Positions 1 to 9,314 are shown, numbered from the stretch's first letter. The stretch: 49,237 nucleotides of DNA from an uncultured Verrucomicrobiales bacterium (GCA_964021555.1 CAXIBU010000001.1:1-49237); one strand, 5' to 3'. Translations and numbers: made by a program. The notes: generated by a model not told the origin, from the letters alone.

Positions 1-64
1 CGAAAGGATCCTGGGCTAGAAGATCAGCTCCTAGAAGAATACAAAAGATTAACAATATTTTCAT
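1..64 (-). CDS. Possible 5' end of a secreted protein (partial, runs off the left edge)
   Basis: Reverse-strand ATG at 64..62 opens MKILLIFCILLGADLLAQDPF, which looks like a signal peptide. An AT-rich stretch lies upstream (65-110). Only 21 codons are visible. Confidence 0.25.
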   Translation of the reverse strand, partial: MKILLIFCILLGADLLAQDPF

Positions 65-289
65 TTTTCAGTTTTATTTAAACGTAAGAAGCGACGGAAT
101 TTGGGAGCGATTGATGGTTTTGGAAGGGCCTTCATACGGAAACGGGAATTCTATCTAAGACCTTAGCCCAGCTGCAAGGTTACCCAAGGGAGAACCTTTT
201 TCAGTAAGGTGGCGGCATCCAGAAAGTGTTTCAATGGCCGAGGGCTGGAAGCTCCGATCACATCCTTTAGAGGAAGATGTATTGGCGTT

Positions 290-766
290 TTACTTCGAAG
301 AATCATCCGTCTGCTCGATGTAGGCGACCAGGCTGGGGATGACTTCATCGAGCACGCTGGCTACGGCTTGGTAGGCTTCTCCGCTCATCCCGAAGGGGTC
401 TGGGATGTCAGCTCCGATACCGACTCCTTGCACGTCGGTGAATTCGCCAGCGAGGAAGGCCTTGTCTTCCACTTCTGGAAATTCGCTTAATAACATGCCG
501 AGGTGGGCGCTGGTCATTGCGAAGATGTGGGTGGACTGCGCTAACAGCTCTTCGGTTACGGGCTGACTTTGGTGGTCGCTCAGGTCGATTCCTCGAGATT
601 TGAGAATTTTCAGGGTCTCGGCGCTTGCTGGCTGGCCCGGCCAGGCGGAGACGCCAGCGGACTGGACTTCGAAATCACCTCGTGATTTCACTTGTTCGCG
701 AAACAAAGCTTCCGCCATGGGGCTCCGGCAGGTATTTCCTGTGCAAACAAAGAGAACGCGCTTCAT
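290..766 (-). CDS. Low-molecular-weight protein tyrosine/arginine phosphatase (LMW-PTP / ArsC-like fold)
   Basis: N-terminal P-loop VLFVCTGNTCRSPMAE (CX5R-S motif), 158 aa, and a downstream DPxG-type motif (IPDPFG). Confidence 0.9.
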   Translation of the reverse strand: MKRVLFVCTGNTCRSPMAEALFREQVKSRGDFEVQSAGVSAWPGQPASAETLKILKSRGIDLSDHQSQPVTEELLAQSTHIFAMTSAHLGMLLSEFPEVEDKAFLAGEFTDVQGVGIGADIPDPFGMSGEAYQAVASVLDEVIPSLVAYIEQTDDSSK

Positions 767-819
767 GCAGCCAAGCTAGTGTAATTGCGTTCGGTAAGTC
801 AACTGCGCCTATTCGCTCT

Positions 820-1206
820 ATGAAAATCGCCTGCCTAATCTTCGGAACCCTATTCCTCTACTTCACCTTCCTTCAGCACAATGACGCCACTCAATACAAG
901 AATGGCGACTGGTGGAGCTGGGTGATCATCTACCTGACAACGGCCGCAATCTCATACTACCGCGCCTTTCGCCCGCTGGCTTCGTCACTGCTCTGGGGCA
1001 CCACGGGCTTTGCCTTGGGGGCCTTTGTCTTCCGCATGCAGGATGAGTTTGGAAATTTCGCCTTTGAGAAATTCGCCGGGCGCTGGCTTTACGACTCTAC
1101 AGGAACGGAGATGGTGCAGCAAACCAACGAGGCGGGTGGCCTTTTCATCGTCGCCCTATGGCTCGGAATACTGGCGGTGCTAAACCAACGTTCATCGAAA
1201 TCATAG
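820..1206 (+). CDS. Small polytopic membrane protein (TMEM220-like, hypothetical)
   Basis: I trimmed the ORF-track ORF (625..1206) to the ATG at 820, because the upstream part overlaps the phosphatase gene. It begins MKIACLIFGTLFLYFTFLQHND and has about 4 hydrophobic helices. Confidence 0.55.
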   Translation: MKIACLIFGTLFLYFTFLQHNDATQYKNGDWWSWVIIYLTTAAISYYRAFRPLASSLLWGTTGFALGAFVFRMQDEFGNFAFEKFAGRWLYDSTGTEMVQQTNEAGGLFIVALWLGILAVLNQRSSKS

Positions 1207-1806
1207 GCGTTTGCGATCATTCATCGCTCGCAGCAGGGTCAGCTCGTCCGCGTGATCGAGCCCTCCGCCAGCTGGCAGGCCTTGGGCGATCCGGCTGATC
1301 TGGCAGTCGCGACCAGAGAGTTCATCGATCAGATAATTCGCTGTCGCCTCCCCTTCGACGTCGCTGCCCACGGCCAGAATGACTTCAGTCACCTGTAGTT
1401 CATCTACCCGCTTGAGAAGCTGATGAATTTTCAGATCCTCAGGCCCGACGTTGTCAAGCGGTGAGAGCTTGCCCCCCAGACAGTGGAAGAGACCTTTGAA
1501 GCTGCCACTTTGCTCGATCTTAATCACATCAGTCGCCTGTTCGACGACACAGATCGAGCTGCGGTCCCTTTGTTCATCTTCGCAGATCTGACAGCATTCG
1601 TCGCTAGTGAAGAATCCGCAGGTTCCACAGGGGCGAATCGATTCCGTCGCATCGATGATGGCGGAAGCCAGGTCCAGTGGCCTGGCTCGTTTGTTTTGAA
1701 GTGCCCAGATCGCGATCCGCTCAGCGCTGCGCGGCCCGACGCCTGGCAAACGCCGAAGTTCACCAATCAGCGCTTTTAGTTGGAGGGGGAAATCGATGGC
1801 TTTCAT
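1201..1806 (-). CDS. recR: Recombination protein RecR
   Basis: HhH motif LRRLPGVGPRSAERIA, zinc-finger cysteines CGTCGFF..CCQIC, and a Toprim-like C-terminal part. 201 aa. Confidence 0.95.
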   Translation of the reverse strand: MKAIDFPLQLKALIGELRRLPGVGPRSAERIAIWALQNKRARPLDLASAIIDATESIRPCGTCGFFTSDECCQICEDEQRDRSSICVVEQATDVIKIEQSGSFKGLFHCLGGKLSPLDNVGPEDLKIHQLLKRVDELQVTEVILAVGSDVEGEATANYLIDELSGRDCQISRIAQGLPAGGGLDHADELTLLRAMNDRKRL

Positions 1807-2408
1807 TTCTTAGCTCGAAACTCCTTCCATTCATCGTCCTCGTCAAGTTCTGCCACGCTTGGTGACTCTTCTGACAAATCAAGGGGGTCACCGAGCTCCT
1901 CTTTAAGTGGTTCTTTGCCAACAATCGCCGTGCTACGAGACAAATGAGAGAGGTGATAAAAGGAACCCAGCCCAGCCCACAACCCGGTGAGTAGCGTGGT
2001 CAGCGGGCTGAACCATAGATCAAAAAAGAGCAGCACCAGAGATAAGCTCAGAGTCAAAAAGGCGGCGACCACCCAACACAAGACACGGCGCCATCGGCCG
2101 TGAATCGCGAGCAATGCGGCTGGGGTCAGGAAGGCAGCACCAGCTCCATAAGCAAACCGAAACCAAGATGGCGCGGAGCTAATTCGATCTCCGAATTCTG
2201 AGGAACCTAAGATCCAGTGCCTAATCTCGAATTCAAGTGGTTCGAAAATCCCCGAGAACTCCCCGACCAAGCCGACCGTCAGAGCCAACAGTCCAATCAC
2301 GATCACCAGCGCCCCCAAGGGCTGGACGGTAGGTGTGGTTGGCAGGTTGGGATCACTCATGAGTCGGGGGTCAACTCTGTCTTCAGAAGCGGGCTTGTCA
2401 AAGACCAA
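1803..2408 (-). CDS. Hypothetical integral membrane protein with an acidic C-terminal tail
   Basis: About 4 hydrophobic segments. Its stop overlaps the recR start by 4 nt (ATGA coupling). The start is uncertain; the alternative is the Met at codon 17. Confidence 0.55.
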   Translation of the reverse strand: MVFDKPASEDRVDPRLMSDPNLPTTPTVQPLGALVIVIGLLALTVGLVGEFSGIFEPLEFEIRHWILGSSEFGDRISSAPSWFRFAYGAGAAFLTPAALLAIHGRWRRVLCWVVAAFLTLSLSLVLLFFDLWFSPLTTLLTGLWAGLGSFYHLSHLSRSTAIVGKEPLKEELGDPLDLSEESPSVAELDEDDEWKEFRAKK

Positions 2409-2420
2409 GAGCTTGGAAAT

Positions 2421-2452
2421 GAAAAAGCATCGCCCAGAGATAGGCGATGCTT
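2421..2452 (-). terminator. Rho-independent terminator after the PDZ gene
   Basis: On the minus strand: AAGCATCGCC-tatctctg-GGCGATGCTT followed by TTTTC. It lies 24 nt downstream of the stop at 2476. Confidence 0.6.
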
Positions 2453-2475
2453 GAAAGCTAAAATTCGAGGCGAAC

Positions 2476-3381
2476 TTATCGGCGAGGGATAATCCTTAGG
2501 TTCCCCATGCCTGCGTCTCCAGGCTTAAGATTATTTCTCTTGAGGCGCTCAATCAGGTCATCAGGAATCGCGTCAAGATCGGCATCTTCGTTGTAAGGAC
2601 CTTCATAAAGGAGCTTACCTTCCTGATCAAACATAAGAAGATTGGTCTGATCACCCTCACTCTTAAGCTCGATCTTCCCATCGGCGTCAGGGATGATGCG
2701 TGCTGAAGATTGCTGACCGTTGTTACCTTCCATGCGGAATTCGAAACGCTGAACTTCTTGGCCCGGTTTGACATGCAGCTCGAAGCGTTCCTCGATTCCT
2801 TCAAATCGGTCCTCAAGCTGCTCTGCCTGCTTAAGAAGCTGCTTGCGCATTTGATCGAACTCACCTTCGGGCATGACCTGCTCCAACTGGCGGAGCATTT
2901 CTTGCTGTATATTGCCGTTACCTAGTTGGGCCATTCTCTGGTCAGCAGGGCGTTCGCCGAGAGTTGCTTTGAGCTCCTGTTCTTCGCCACCTCGCAAAAC
3001 CTGGAGCGTGACTTCGTCACCCGCATTCCGCTTGGACATGGACTTCATCACGTCGAGCGGTGATTTGATGTCTTTGCCATCGACCTGCAGGAGGATGTCA
3101 TTCTTCTTCAAGCCGCTGGACTGAGCGGGGCTATCCCCTACCACTCCTCGAATGACTGCGCCTTTCTTCAGCTCAGGCATCTGCGCTTTTAACAGCTCTG
3201 GGAGGTCAGTGGTGTAAATTCCCAAATAGCCCGGTTGCTGTTCCTTTTCTCCGGCTTCATTTGCCGCTGGCACTGGTGGGTTCTTAGGAGCAGCAGGATC
3301 TGCCTCACCGGAACCTTCGATTGCCATGGCGGGTAAGATACCCGAGACAGCCAATAGACATAATTGCTTTTTGATATTCAT
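2476..3381 (-). CDS. Secreted PDZ-domain protein
   Basis: Signal peptide MNIKKQLCLLAVSGILPAMA. PDZ-like core GAVIRGVVGDSPAQSSGLKKNDILLQVDGKDIKSPLDV. It is the last gene of the ECF sigma module. Confidence 0.8.
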   Translation of the reverse strand: MNIKKQLCLLAVSGILPAMAIEGSGEADPAAPKNPPVPAANEAGEKEQQPGYLGIYTTDLPELLKAQMPELKKGAVIRGVVGDSPAQSSGLKKNDILLQVDGKDIKSPLDVMKSMSKRNAGDEVTLQVLRGGEEQELKATLGERPADQRMAQLGNGNIQQEMLRQLEQVMPEGEFDQMRKQLLKQAEQLEDRFEGIEERFELHVKPGQEVQRFEFRMEGNNGQQSSARIIPDADGKIELKSEGDQTNLLMFDQEGKLLYEGPYNEDADLDAIPDDLIERLKRNNLKPGDAGMGNLRIIPRR

Positions 3382-3488
3382 AACTTAATTGCTTACAACA
3401 AGTAAGCGGGATTATCTGAGTAGTTTGTCTAATCGATTAACCTTTTTTTGAAAGAAATTCGAAAGATAGTCGTAGGCCCTTTTTCCTG

Positions 3489-4379
3489 TTAATGAGTCTC
3501 AACAGGAACGGTGCAACGGCGCTTGCCTCGTGGTCGTTCAAATTCGCGCTGACGCCCTTGCTCGTCGATCAAGATCATGCGCTCGACCTGCTCGAACTCA
3601 AACTGGCGGTGCGCTTGGTTTTGACCATCCAAAACAAGACCTTGGTCCTGGGGTGAACGGACTCCGGATTCCAAACTTGCCGGAACCAGTTGTGGCGACA
3701 TCAGGCTGGCAAAAGCAGGCAGACTAGGGACTGCTTCAAGATTTGAATCCAAATTCGGTGCATCGGAAGCGGGTGATTCGACAGGGGTTGCTACAAATTG
3801 ATTCGGTGTGGCTTCCTGGAAGCCTGGCAGAAGGACACCTAGCACAGCCCCGACGACTGCGACAGCAGCAGCGACTTTGATCAATGGACTGGACTTTGAA
3901 GTCTGTGGCAAAGGTCGCCCGGGGAAAGCTAGAACTTTGCCTTCGTCTGGTGCGCCGACGCTCTCAGACGTCTCCCCCCCAGAAACCGCATCCATTTTGC
4001 TGATCAAGTCTTCGAAAAGCGCAGGATTTAGGGAAGCTGGTGTAATTTGGGAAAGCGGGCGTGAAGCGTCCATCTGATTGACCACCTCTTGGCCTTTGGT
4101 GAAGCTCAACGGGCTTGGCTGGAATTTTTGGGCCCATTCGGACTCTGTGATTCCATCTCGTTGGGCACTTTCAAAAGTCTCAGCTTGTTGTGGATGAAGC
4201 GGCTGCGGAACACCGAGACGCAGTCTAGCCTCCACCGCTGATTGCGCTGGCGAGAGGTGGTGTGCGGATTCCGAAAAGGCATCCATTTCAGCGGCAAGCG
4301 TGAGCGGCAGGTTACCGTTGAGAGCACGGGGAACCATTCCGCTGAGAGCGGTTTCAATGGTTTCAGTTGAAATAGACAT
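3489..4379 (-). CDS. Putative anti-sigma factor (single-pass membrane protein)
   Basis: It lies immediately downstream of the ECF sigma gene (35-nt gap). One TM helix (LIKVAAAVAVVGAVLGVLLPG) sits mid-protein. No recognisable zinc anti-sigma motif, so the call rests on context. Confidence 0.45.
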   Translation of the reverse strand: MSISTETIETALSGMVPRALNGNLPLTLAAEMDAFSESAHHLSPAQSAVEARLRLGVPQPLHPQQAETFESAQRDGITESEWAQKFQPSPLSFTKGQEVVNQMDASRPLSQITPASLNPALFEDLISKMDAVSGGETSESVGAPDEGKVLAFPGRPLPQTSKSSPLIKVAAAVAVVGAVLGVLLPGFQEATPNQFVATPVESPASDAPNLDSNLEAVPSLPAFASLMSPQLVPASLESGVRSPQDQGLVLDGQNQAHRQFEFEQVERMILIDEQGRQREFERPRGKRRCTVPVETH

Positions 4380-4414
4380 GATGGACTGGAGAGTTGTGGG
4401 GATATGACTGAGGC

Positions 4415-4999
4415 TTAGAATTCGCCGCGATTCTGGGCGACTTCGAGTTTCTTCCTCAGGGCTTCGATGCCATAGCGATACCGAGAGGCTGCCGTGTTTG
4501 GAGAAATTTCGAGAGATTCACCGATTTCAGCAAAAGTCTGTTCACCCCAAATTTTCAGAACGATGACTTCACTGAATTTGGCTGGAATTTCCTTGAGATA
4601 GACTTCGAGAAGCTGACGAGTTTCATCATCTGCCCCCTCGGACTCGAACCAAGGATCATCACTGGGATTGTGGATCTCCTCGTCTTGAACGACGCGGTCC
4701 TCCCTCTTTTGGCGACGATCGCTCTTGCGACCAAAGTCGATCGCCAAGCGACGGATGGACGCGTAAACAAAAGGCAACCAAGCTTGCTGGCCACCAACGA
4801 AAACGCCGTCGTGCACCTTACGAGCCAACTTTATGAGAGCCTCCTGAAGGACGTCCTCGGCGTCAGCCAAACTTCGAGTTTGCTGCCGAGCAAACAGCAG
4901 GAGCTTGTTTCCATGCTCATCAACCCACTCCCGCCACGAGGCTGGAGCGCTGGAGGTATCTTCTTGGGTCACGTTTGATGCAGTCGTTTGTTCAAGCAT
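4415..4999 (-). CDS. ECF-type RNA polymerase sigma-70 factor
   Basis: Region 2 (DAEDVLQEALIKLARK) and a region 4 HTH (TFAEIGESLEISPNTAASRYRYGIEALRKKL). 194 aa. Confidence 0.9.
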   Translation of the reverse strand: MLEQTTASNVTQEDTSSAPASWREWVDEHGNKLLLFARQQTRSLADAEDVLQEALIKLARKVHDGVFVGGQQAWLPFVYASIRRLAIDFGRKSDRRQKREDRVVQDEEIHNPSDDPWFESEGADDETRQLLEVYLKEIPAKFSEVIVLKIWGEQTFAEIGESLEISPNTAASRYRYGIEALRKKLEVAQNRGEF

Positions 5000-5120
5000 G
5001 GCAGCAACCTATGAGCGCCGCCTGCCGTGGCTGTCGTCTAAACTTTGAGTCGATCCCGACAATCAAGGATCATAGACGAATTTGACCAAGGTTACGATGA
5101 GGTCCTTAGGATCGGAAGAC

Positions 5121-5156
5121 AAAAAAGGCGCAGCCCTTCGTGAGGACTACGCCTTT
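5121..5156 (-). terminator. Rho-independent terminator closing the long ribosomal/secY/bactofilin array
   Basis: On the minus strand: GGCGTAGTCCT-cacga-AGGGCTGCGCC (11 bp including 2 G-U pairs) followed by TTTTTT. It lies 18 nt after the bactofilin stop. Confidence 0.6.
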
Positions 5157-5173
5157 CGGGAAAATGGTCTCAA

Positions 5174-5527
5174 TTAACCGCCGATGGCCGTCTTACCTGA
5201 CAACTTGGCACCCTCTTCACATGAGAAGGCCTTGGTTTCAATGTCGCCATTGAGAATTGAATTCTTCTTGAGCTCGCAGCGGTCCGATTTGATCTTACCG
5301 TCTACCTTGCCGTAAACCTTAACTTCACCAGCCTGGATATCGCCGGTAACCGTGGCATTCTCACCGATGGTGACTTTGCCCTTCTCAGATTTGATCTCCC
5401 CATCGATCTTACCGTCGATGATCATGTCGTTAGAAAACTTGATGGAGCCGGTGATTTCAATTCCGGAAGCGAGGACGTTGGTGGCATTCATTGCAAGAAG
5501 AGGAATCAATCCACCGGAGAAAGTCAA
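5174..5527 (-). CDS. Bactofilin (polymer-forming cytoskeletal protein)
   Basis: Repetitive beta-helix pattern IEITGSIKFSNDMIIDGKIDGEIKSEKGKVTIGENATVTGDIQAGEVKVYGKVDGKI, preceded by a short hydrophobic N-terminus. Confidence 0.85.
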   Translation of the reverse strand: MTFSGGLIPLLAMNATNVLASGIEITGSIKFSNDMIIDGKIDGEIKSEKGKVTIGENATVTGDIQAGEVKVYGKVDGKIKSDRCELKKNSILNGDIETKAFSCEEGAKLSGKTAIGG

Positions 5528-5568
5528 AGCGGAAAATCAAATGCGCGTATTTCCCTCGCAAAATAGCT

Positions 5569-6240
5569 TCAGGCCTTAAGGGCGTCGAAGTTGATAAAGC
5601 CATTAGTCACCTCCTCGAGACCCGACAACATGAACTGAATGCCGATGGCTGTCAAAATCAGCCCAAGGATTCGGGCCGCAATGTCCAGGCCCATGGGCCC
5701 CAACACCCTGCCGATCCGCTCGCTCAGCAGTAGCAGACCGAGAGTGGCTAGTGAGACCAATATCACTACCACGCTGAGCCCCAAGCGGGTCATTAGCCCA
5801 TCAGCCTGCCCGTAGAATAGAATCACGGTGCTGATCGATCCCGGACCAACGAAAAGCGGGACTCCAACTGGAATCAAAAGCGTGCGAAACCGATGCTCCG
5901 CTGCTTGCAAGTCGCTTTCATCCCCAACACGGTCAGCCATCTTTGCCACCTGATGAGCATTCTGGCCACGAACCATTCCGATACCAGTCAGGAGAAGTAA
6001 GATTCCCCCTGCGATTCGAAAGGCCGGGAGCGAGACGCCGAAGAAATGCAGCACGCTGCTGCCAGACCAGAGAAAGACGATCAAAAAGATCGCTACAAAT
6101 CCGGAGAGGAAAAGTGCCAGGAAACGCTGGGTGCCAATGCGCTCACCCGCCGTCGCACTGATGTAGACCGGTAAGTTCCCCAACGGATTCATGATCGCGA
6201 ACAATGCCGCGAAAAAATGAATCAATAGTGCGTAATCCAT
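5569..6240 (-). CDS. MarC/UPF0056 family integral membrane protein
   Basis: Family-typical N-terminus FAIMNPLGNLPVYIS, about 6 TM helices, 223 aa. Confidence 0.8.
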   Translation of the reverse strand: MDYALLIHFFAALFAIMNPLGNLPVYISATAGERIGTQRFLALFLSGFVAIFLIVFLWSGSSVLHFFGVSLPAFRIAGGILLLLTGIGMVRGQNAHQVAKMADRVGDESDLQAAEHRFRTLLIPVGVPLFVGPGSISTVILFYGQADGLMTRLGLSVVVILVSLATLGLLLLSERIGRVLGPMGLDIAARILGLILTAIGIQFMLSGLEEVTNGFINFDALKA

Positions 6241-6247
6241 ACCTGGC

Positions 6248-7036
6248 TCACTCCAAGCCGAGAAGTTCAGCTGTCGCGACTCTCGGTCGGTCGGTCAGAA
6301 TTTCGGCACCATCATCAGTCACGAGGACCGTATGCTCGAAGTGAGCGGAGGGACTGCTATCCTTACTAATGACGGTCCAGCCATCATCGAGCATCTTTAC
6401 CTTGGCTGTGCCCTGATTCACCATCGGCTCGATCGCAAGGATCATGCCGGCCTTCAGTTTAGGCGTTCGTCCCTGAGGGCGATAGTTTGGCACTTGAGGC
6501 TCTTCGTGAAGACGCTTGCCGACTCCATGACCGACAAATTCACGCACCACACCGAAGCCGAATGGCTTAATGTGAGCCTCGACCGCTCCACAAACATCGC
6601 CGAGGCGAACCCCTGCTTTGACTTGCTCGATTGCCGCATAGAGTGACTCTTCAGTGGCCATCAAGAGACGCTTGGTCTCATCAGGGATAACCCCAACGGC
6701 AACCGTCGAGGCGTTATCCCCAATCCAGCCGTCCTTGACGATCCCGACATCGATGCTGATCACGTCACCCTCTTTCAGGACGCGCGGGCCGCCGATGCCG
6801 TGAACGATCTCTTCGTTGACCGAAATACAAGCCTGGCCGGGAAATCCACGGTAGCCGAGGAAGGCGCTTTTGCCCCCTTCCTTCGCAATCAGCTCGGCGC
6901 ACTTCTGATCAATCTGACCTGTGGTCACTCCGACCGCAACTTCCTTAAGGAGGCCTTGGAGCACGCGGCTCGCTGCGGCACCAGCCACCCGCATTTTTGC
7001 AATCGCTGCGGCATTTTTGATCGGTATCTGTCCCAT
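6248..7036 (-). CDS. map: Type I methionine aminopeptidase
   Basis: Metal-ligand blocks DVISIDVG, GDNASTV, FVGHGVG, ILAIEPM and SAHFEHTVLVT. It sits in the canonical position after adk. Confidence 0.95.
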   Translation of the reverse strand: MGQIPIKNAAAIAKMRVAGAAASRVLQGLLKEVAVGVTTGQIDQKCAELIAKEGGKSAFLGYRGFPGQACISVNEEIVHGIGGPRVLKEGDVISIDVGIVKDGWIGDNASTVAVGVIPDETKRLLMATEESLYAAIEQVKAGVRLGDVCGAVEAHIKPFGFGVVREFVGHGVGKRLHEEPQVPNYRPQGRTPKLKAGMILAIEPMVNQGTAKVKMLDDGWTVISKDSSPSAHFEHTVLVTDDGAEILTDRPRVATAELLGLE

Positions 7037-7056
7037 GGTGTGTTCCTTGAATAAAA

Positions 7057-7701
7057 TTACTGACTTTCGGCCGATAGGCTTCTCTCAACCATTGCACAAA
7101 CCTCCGTAGGGTTACCCTCGGCAACGACCTTAGTCAAATCCCCCCGCTCCGCGTAATACTCGATCACCGGAACGGTTTCGTCTGTGAAGTCTTGATAGCG
7201 TTTTTTGAAGCGCTCCTCCGCATCGTCGATTCTGGGCCGCAGGGTTCCGTCACATTCAGGGCAGTGGAGGCCATTTTCAACCAGATCAAGCGCCGTCGTC
7301 AGACCACATTGATCACACTGGACTCGGCGCCCGATGCGGCGGAGCAGTTCATCATAACTAACCTCAAGAGAGACCGCTGCATCCAGGGTGATTGAACGCT
7401 TCGCCAACTCGTCGGTCAGCCAGCGAGCCTGGGACAAGGTCCGAGGGAAGCCATCGAGAATCCAATTGGACTCCTGGTTCTGATCAAACCAGTCGCTGAG
7501 CATCCCATTGACAATCTCGTCAGGAACCAGACGACTGGAGCTCAGATATTTGGAGGCCTTTAGGCCGAGCTCGGTCTCCTCAGCCAGATGTTGCCGGAGC
7601 ATCACCCCCGTGCTGACCGGGATTAATTCGAATTTTTCCGCGAGGAGCTGCGAGAGCGTTCCCTTGCCTGAAGCCGGTGGGCCGAGAAAGACAAGGTGCA
7701 T
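7057..7701 (-). CDS. adk: Adenylate kinase (zinc-lid type)
   Basis: P-loop FLGPPASGKGT and lid cysteines CDQCG...CPECDG. It sits in the canonical secY-adk-map position. Confidence 0.95.
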   Translation of the reverse strand: MHLVFLGPPASGKGTLSQLLAEKFELIPVSTGVMLRQHLAEETELGLKASKYLSSSRLVPDEIVNGMLSDWFDQNQESNWILDGFPRTLSQARWLTDELAKRSITLDAAVSLEVSYDELLRRIGRRVQCDQCGLTTALDLVENGLHCPECDGTLRPRIDDAEERFKKRYQDFTDETVPVIEYYAERGDLTKVVAEGNPTEVCAMVERSLSAESQ

Positions 7702-7726
7702 GGGGTAAGTCAGGCGTAGGTTGGCT

Positions 7727-9259
7727 TTACTGGAATGCTTTCGCCGTAACGAAAATCAAGACCAGGATCGCAAACAGCACCCAAAGGTAGACCATCTTTC
7801 CACTCTTGGCAGATTTGGTAGCCGTGCCGCTTGCACCGAAACGACCGCCTTTGATCTTGCCCTGACGGAGGAAACCGTCGTAGTGGCGCTGCAAGAGGTG
7901 AGTCTCGACCTGGCGCATGACATCAAGCACGACACCAACCAGAATCAAAAGGCTGGTCCCACCAAAGAACTGGGTGACCAACATGGGGAGGCCCATGGAA
8001 TTTGAGATCAAGGAAGGGATCATGAAGATCAAGGTCAGGAAAATCGCACCAGCGAAAGTCAGGCGGGTCATCGTGAAGTCGAGGAACTTTGAGGTAGGAG
8101 GCCCTGGGCGGACGCCGGGGATGTATCCACCTGCGCGCTTGAGATCCTCTGCAATCTGGCTCGGCTGGAACATCGTTGCGACCCAGAAGAAGGAGAAGAA
8201 GAAGATCATCACACCAGCGACCACGTAATACCATGGGGAGACGCCGCTGAAGATTTCAGAAACACGAGGAATAAAGCTCATCATCCAGTCGGACTTCTGA
8301 ACCCACTCGAAGGATGCCAACTGTTGCAGAAGGAAGATAGGAAGAGTCAGGATAGCTGAGGCAAAAATGATCGGCATGACACCCGCATAGTTGACCTTAA
8401 GTGGCAGGTATTGAGTTTGCCCACCGTATTGCTTGCGACCAACGACACGTTTGGCGTATTGGATCGCGATTCGGCGCTGGGCCTCAGTAATTGCGATGAC
8501 CGCCATGATGACCGCCAAAAGGAAGGCCAGCATTAGAACCAGCTTCATGGCTCCACCTGCACCAGCAGCATCGCCAGTGAAGACGTTCCAAGCCACAACA
8601 AGAGCGCCGGGAAGACCAGCGATGATGTTGACGGTAATGATGATGGAGACGCCGTTACCGACCCCCTTTTCCGTCATCTGATCACCAATCCACATGAGCA
8701 ACATGGTGCCCGCGGTGATGGTGAGAACGGTCATTAGCTCAAAGGAAATACCGGCCGAAGCAGGGACAAGTCGACGCCCCTCTTCTTGCATCACCTGATC
8801 AATGCCGGGGAAATAAGGAAGACTTCCTGGATTTTCCATTCCCTTAGCGAGAAGGAAGCCCTGCACCACCGCGATGATGATGGTGATGATGCGAGTGTAT
8901 TGATTGAGCTTCTGGCGGCCGTTGTCTTCACGGGCAATCTTGGCGATCGATGGAACCACCGCAGTCATGAGCTGAATCATGATCGATGCCGAAATGTAGG
9001 GCATGATGCCCAGGGCAAAAATGCCACAGGCTTGAAGACCACCACCGGAGAAAACCGCGAGCATTGCACCAAGTGCGGCGCCTGGACCGGTTGCTTCGTT
9101 ATCGGCAGACCAGTCGGCCCACGCGTCAAGGACACTGGCATCAACACCCGGGAGGGTAACGGCAACGCCCAAACGGACGATGACGATCATGGCTAGCGTG
9201 AAAAGGATTCGTTCACGAAGTTCGGGAACGCGGAAGGTATTCGCAAAGGCGGAAATCAT
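7727..9259 (-). CDS. secY: Preprotein translocase subunit SecY (long form, 510 aa)
   Basis: N-terminus FRVPELRERILFTL. The polytopic profile and the position after rplO fit SecY. It carries an extra C-terminal hydrophobic segment (see findings). Confidence 0.95.
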   Translation of the reverse strand: MISAFANTFRVPELRERILFTLAMIVIVRLGVAVTLPGVDASVLDAWADWSADNEATGPGAALGAMLAVFSGGGLQACGIFALGIMPYISASIMIQLMTAVVPSIAKIAREDNGRQKLNQYTRIITIIIAVVQGFLLAKGMENPGSLPYFPGIDQVMQEEGRRLVPASAGISFELMTVLTITAGTMLLMWIGDQMTEKGVGNGVSIIITVNIIAGLPGALVVAWNVFTGDAAGAGGAMKLVLMLAFLLAVIMAVIAITEAQRRIAIQYAKRVVGRKQYGGQTQYLPLKVNYAGVMPIIFASAILTLPIFLLQQLASFEWVQKSDWMMSFIPRVSEIFSGVSPWYYVVAGVMIFFFSFFWVATMFQPSQIAEDLKRAGGYIPGVRPGPPTSKFLDFTMTRLTFAGAIFLTLIFMIPSLISNSMGLPMLVTQFFGGTSLLILVGVVLDVMRQVETHLLQRHYDGFLRQGKIKGGRFGASGTATKSAKSGKMVYLWVLFAILVLIFVTAKAFQ

Positions 9260-9285
9260 CGGACAGCTACTAAAAGATTGGGCGG

Positions 9286-9314
9286 CTTATAGGTAGGGCG
9301 TGCGTAGTGGGCAA
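9286..9314 (-). promoter_or_regulatory. Candidate sigma-70-type internal promoter for secY-adk-map
   Basis: On the minus strand: TTGCCC, a 17-nt spacer, then TATAAG. The -10 element lies 27-32 nt upstream of the secY ATG, inside the 196-nt rplO-secY spacer. This is a pattern match only. Confidence 0.25.

Noticed and set aside
163-348. 61-aa minus-strand ORF downstream of and overlapping the phosphatase gene
   Set aside because: It overlaps the 3' end of the well-supported LMW-PTP gene in another frame and has no recognisable features.
4636-4656. tRNA T-arm-like sequence on the minus strand (CTTGG-TTCGAGT-CCGAG)
   Set aside because: It lies inside the ECF sigma CDS, where it encodes PWFESEG. 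There is no complementary acceptor-stem 5' strand at the expected distance and no D or anticodon arms.
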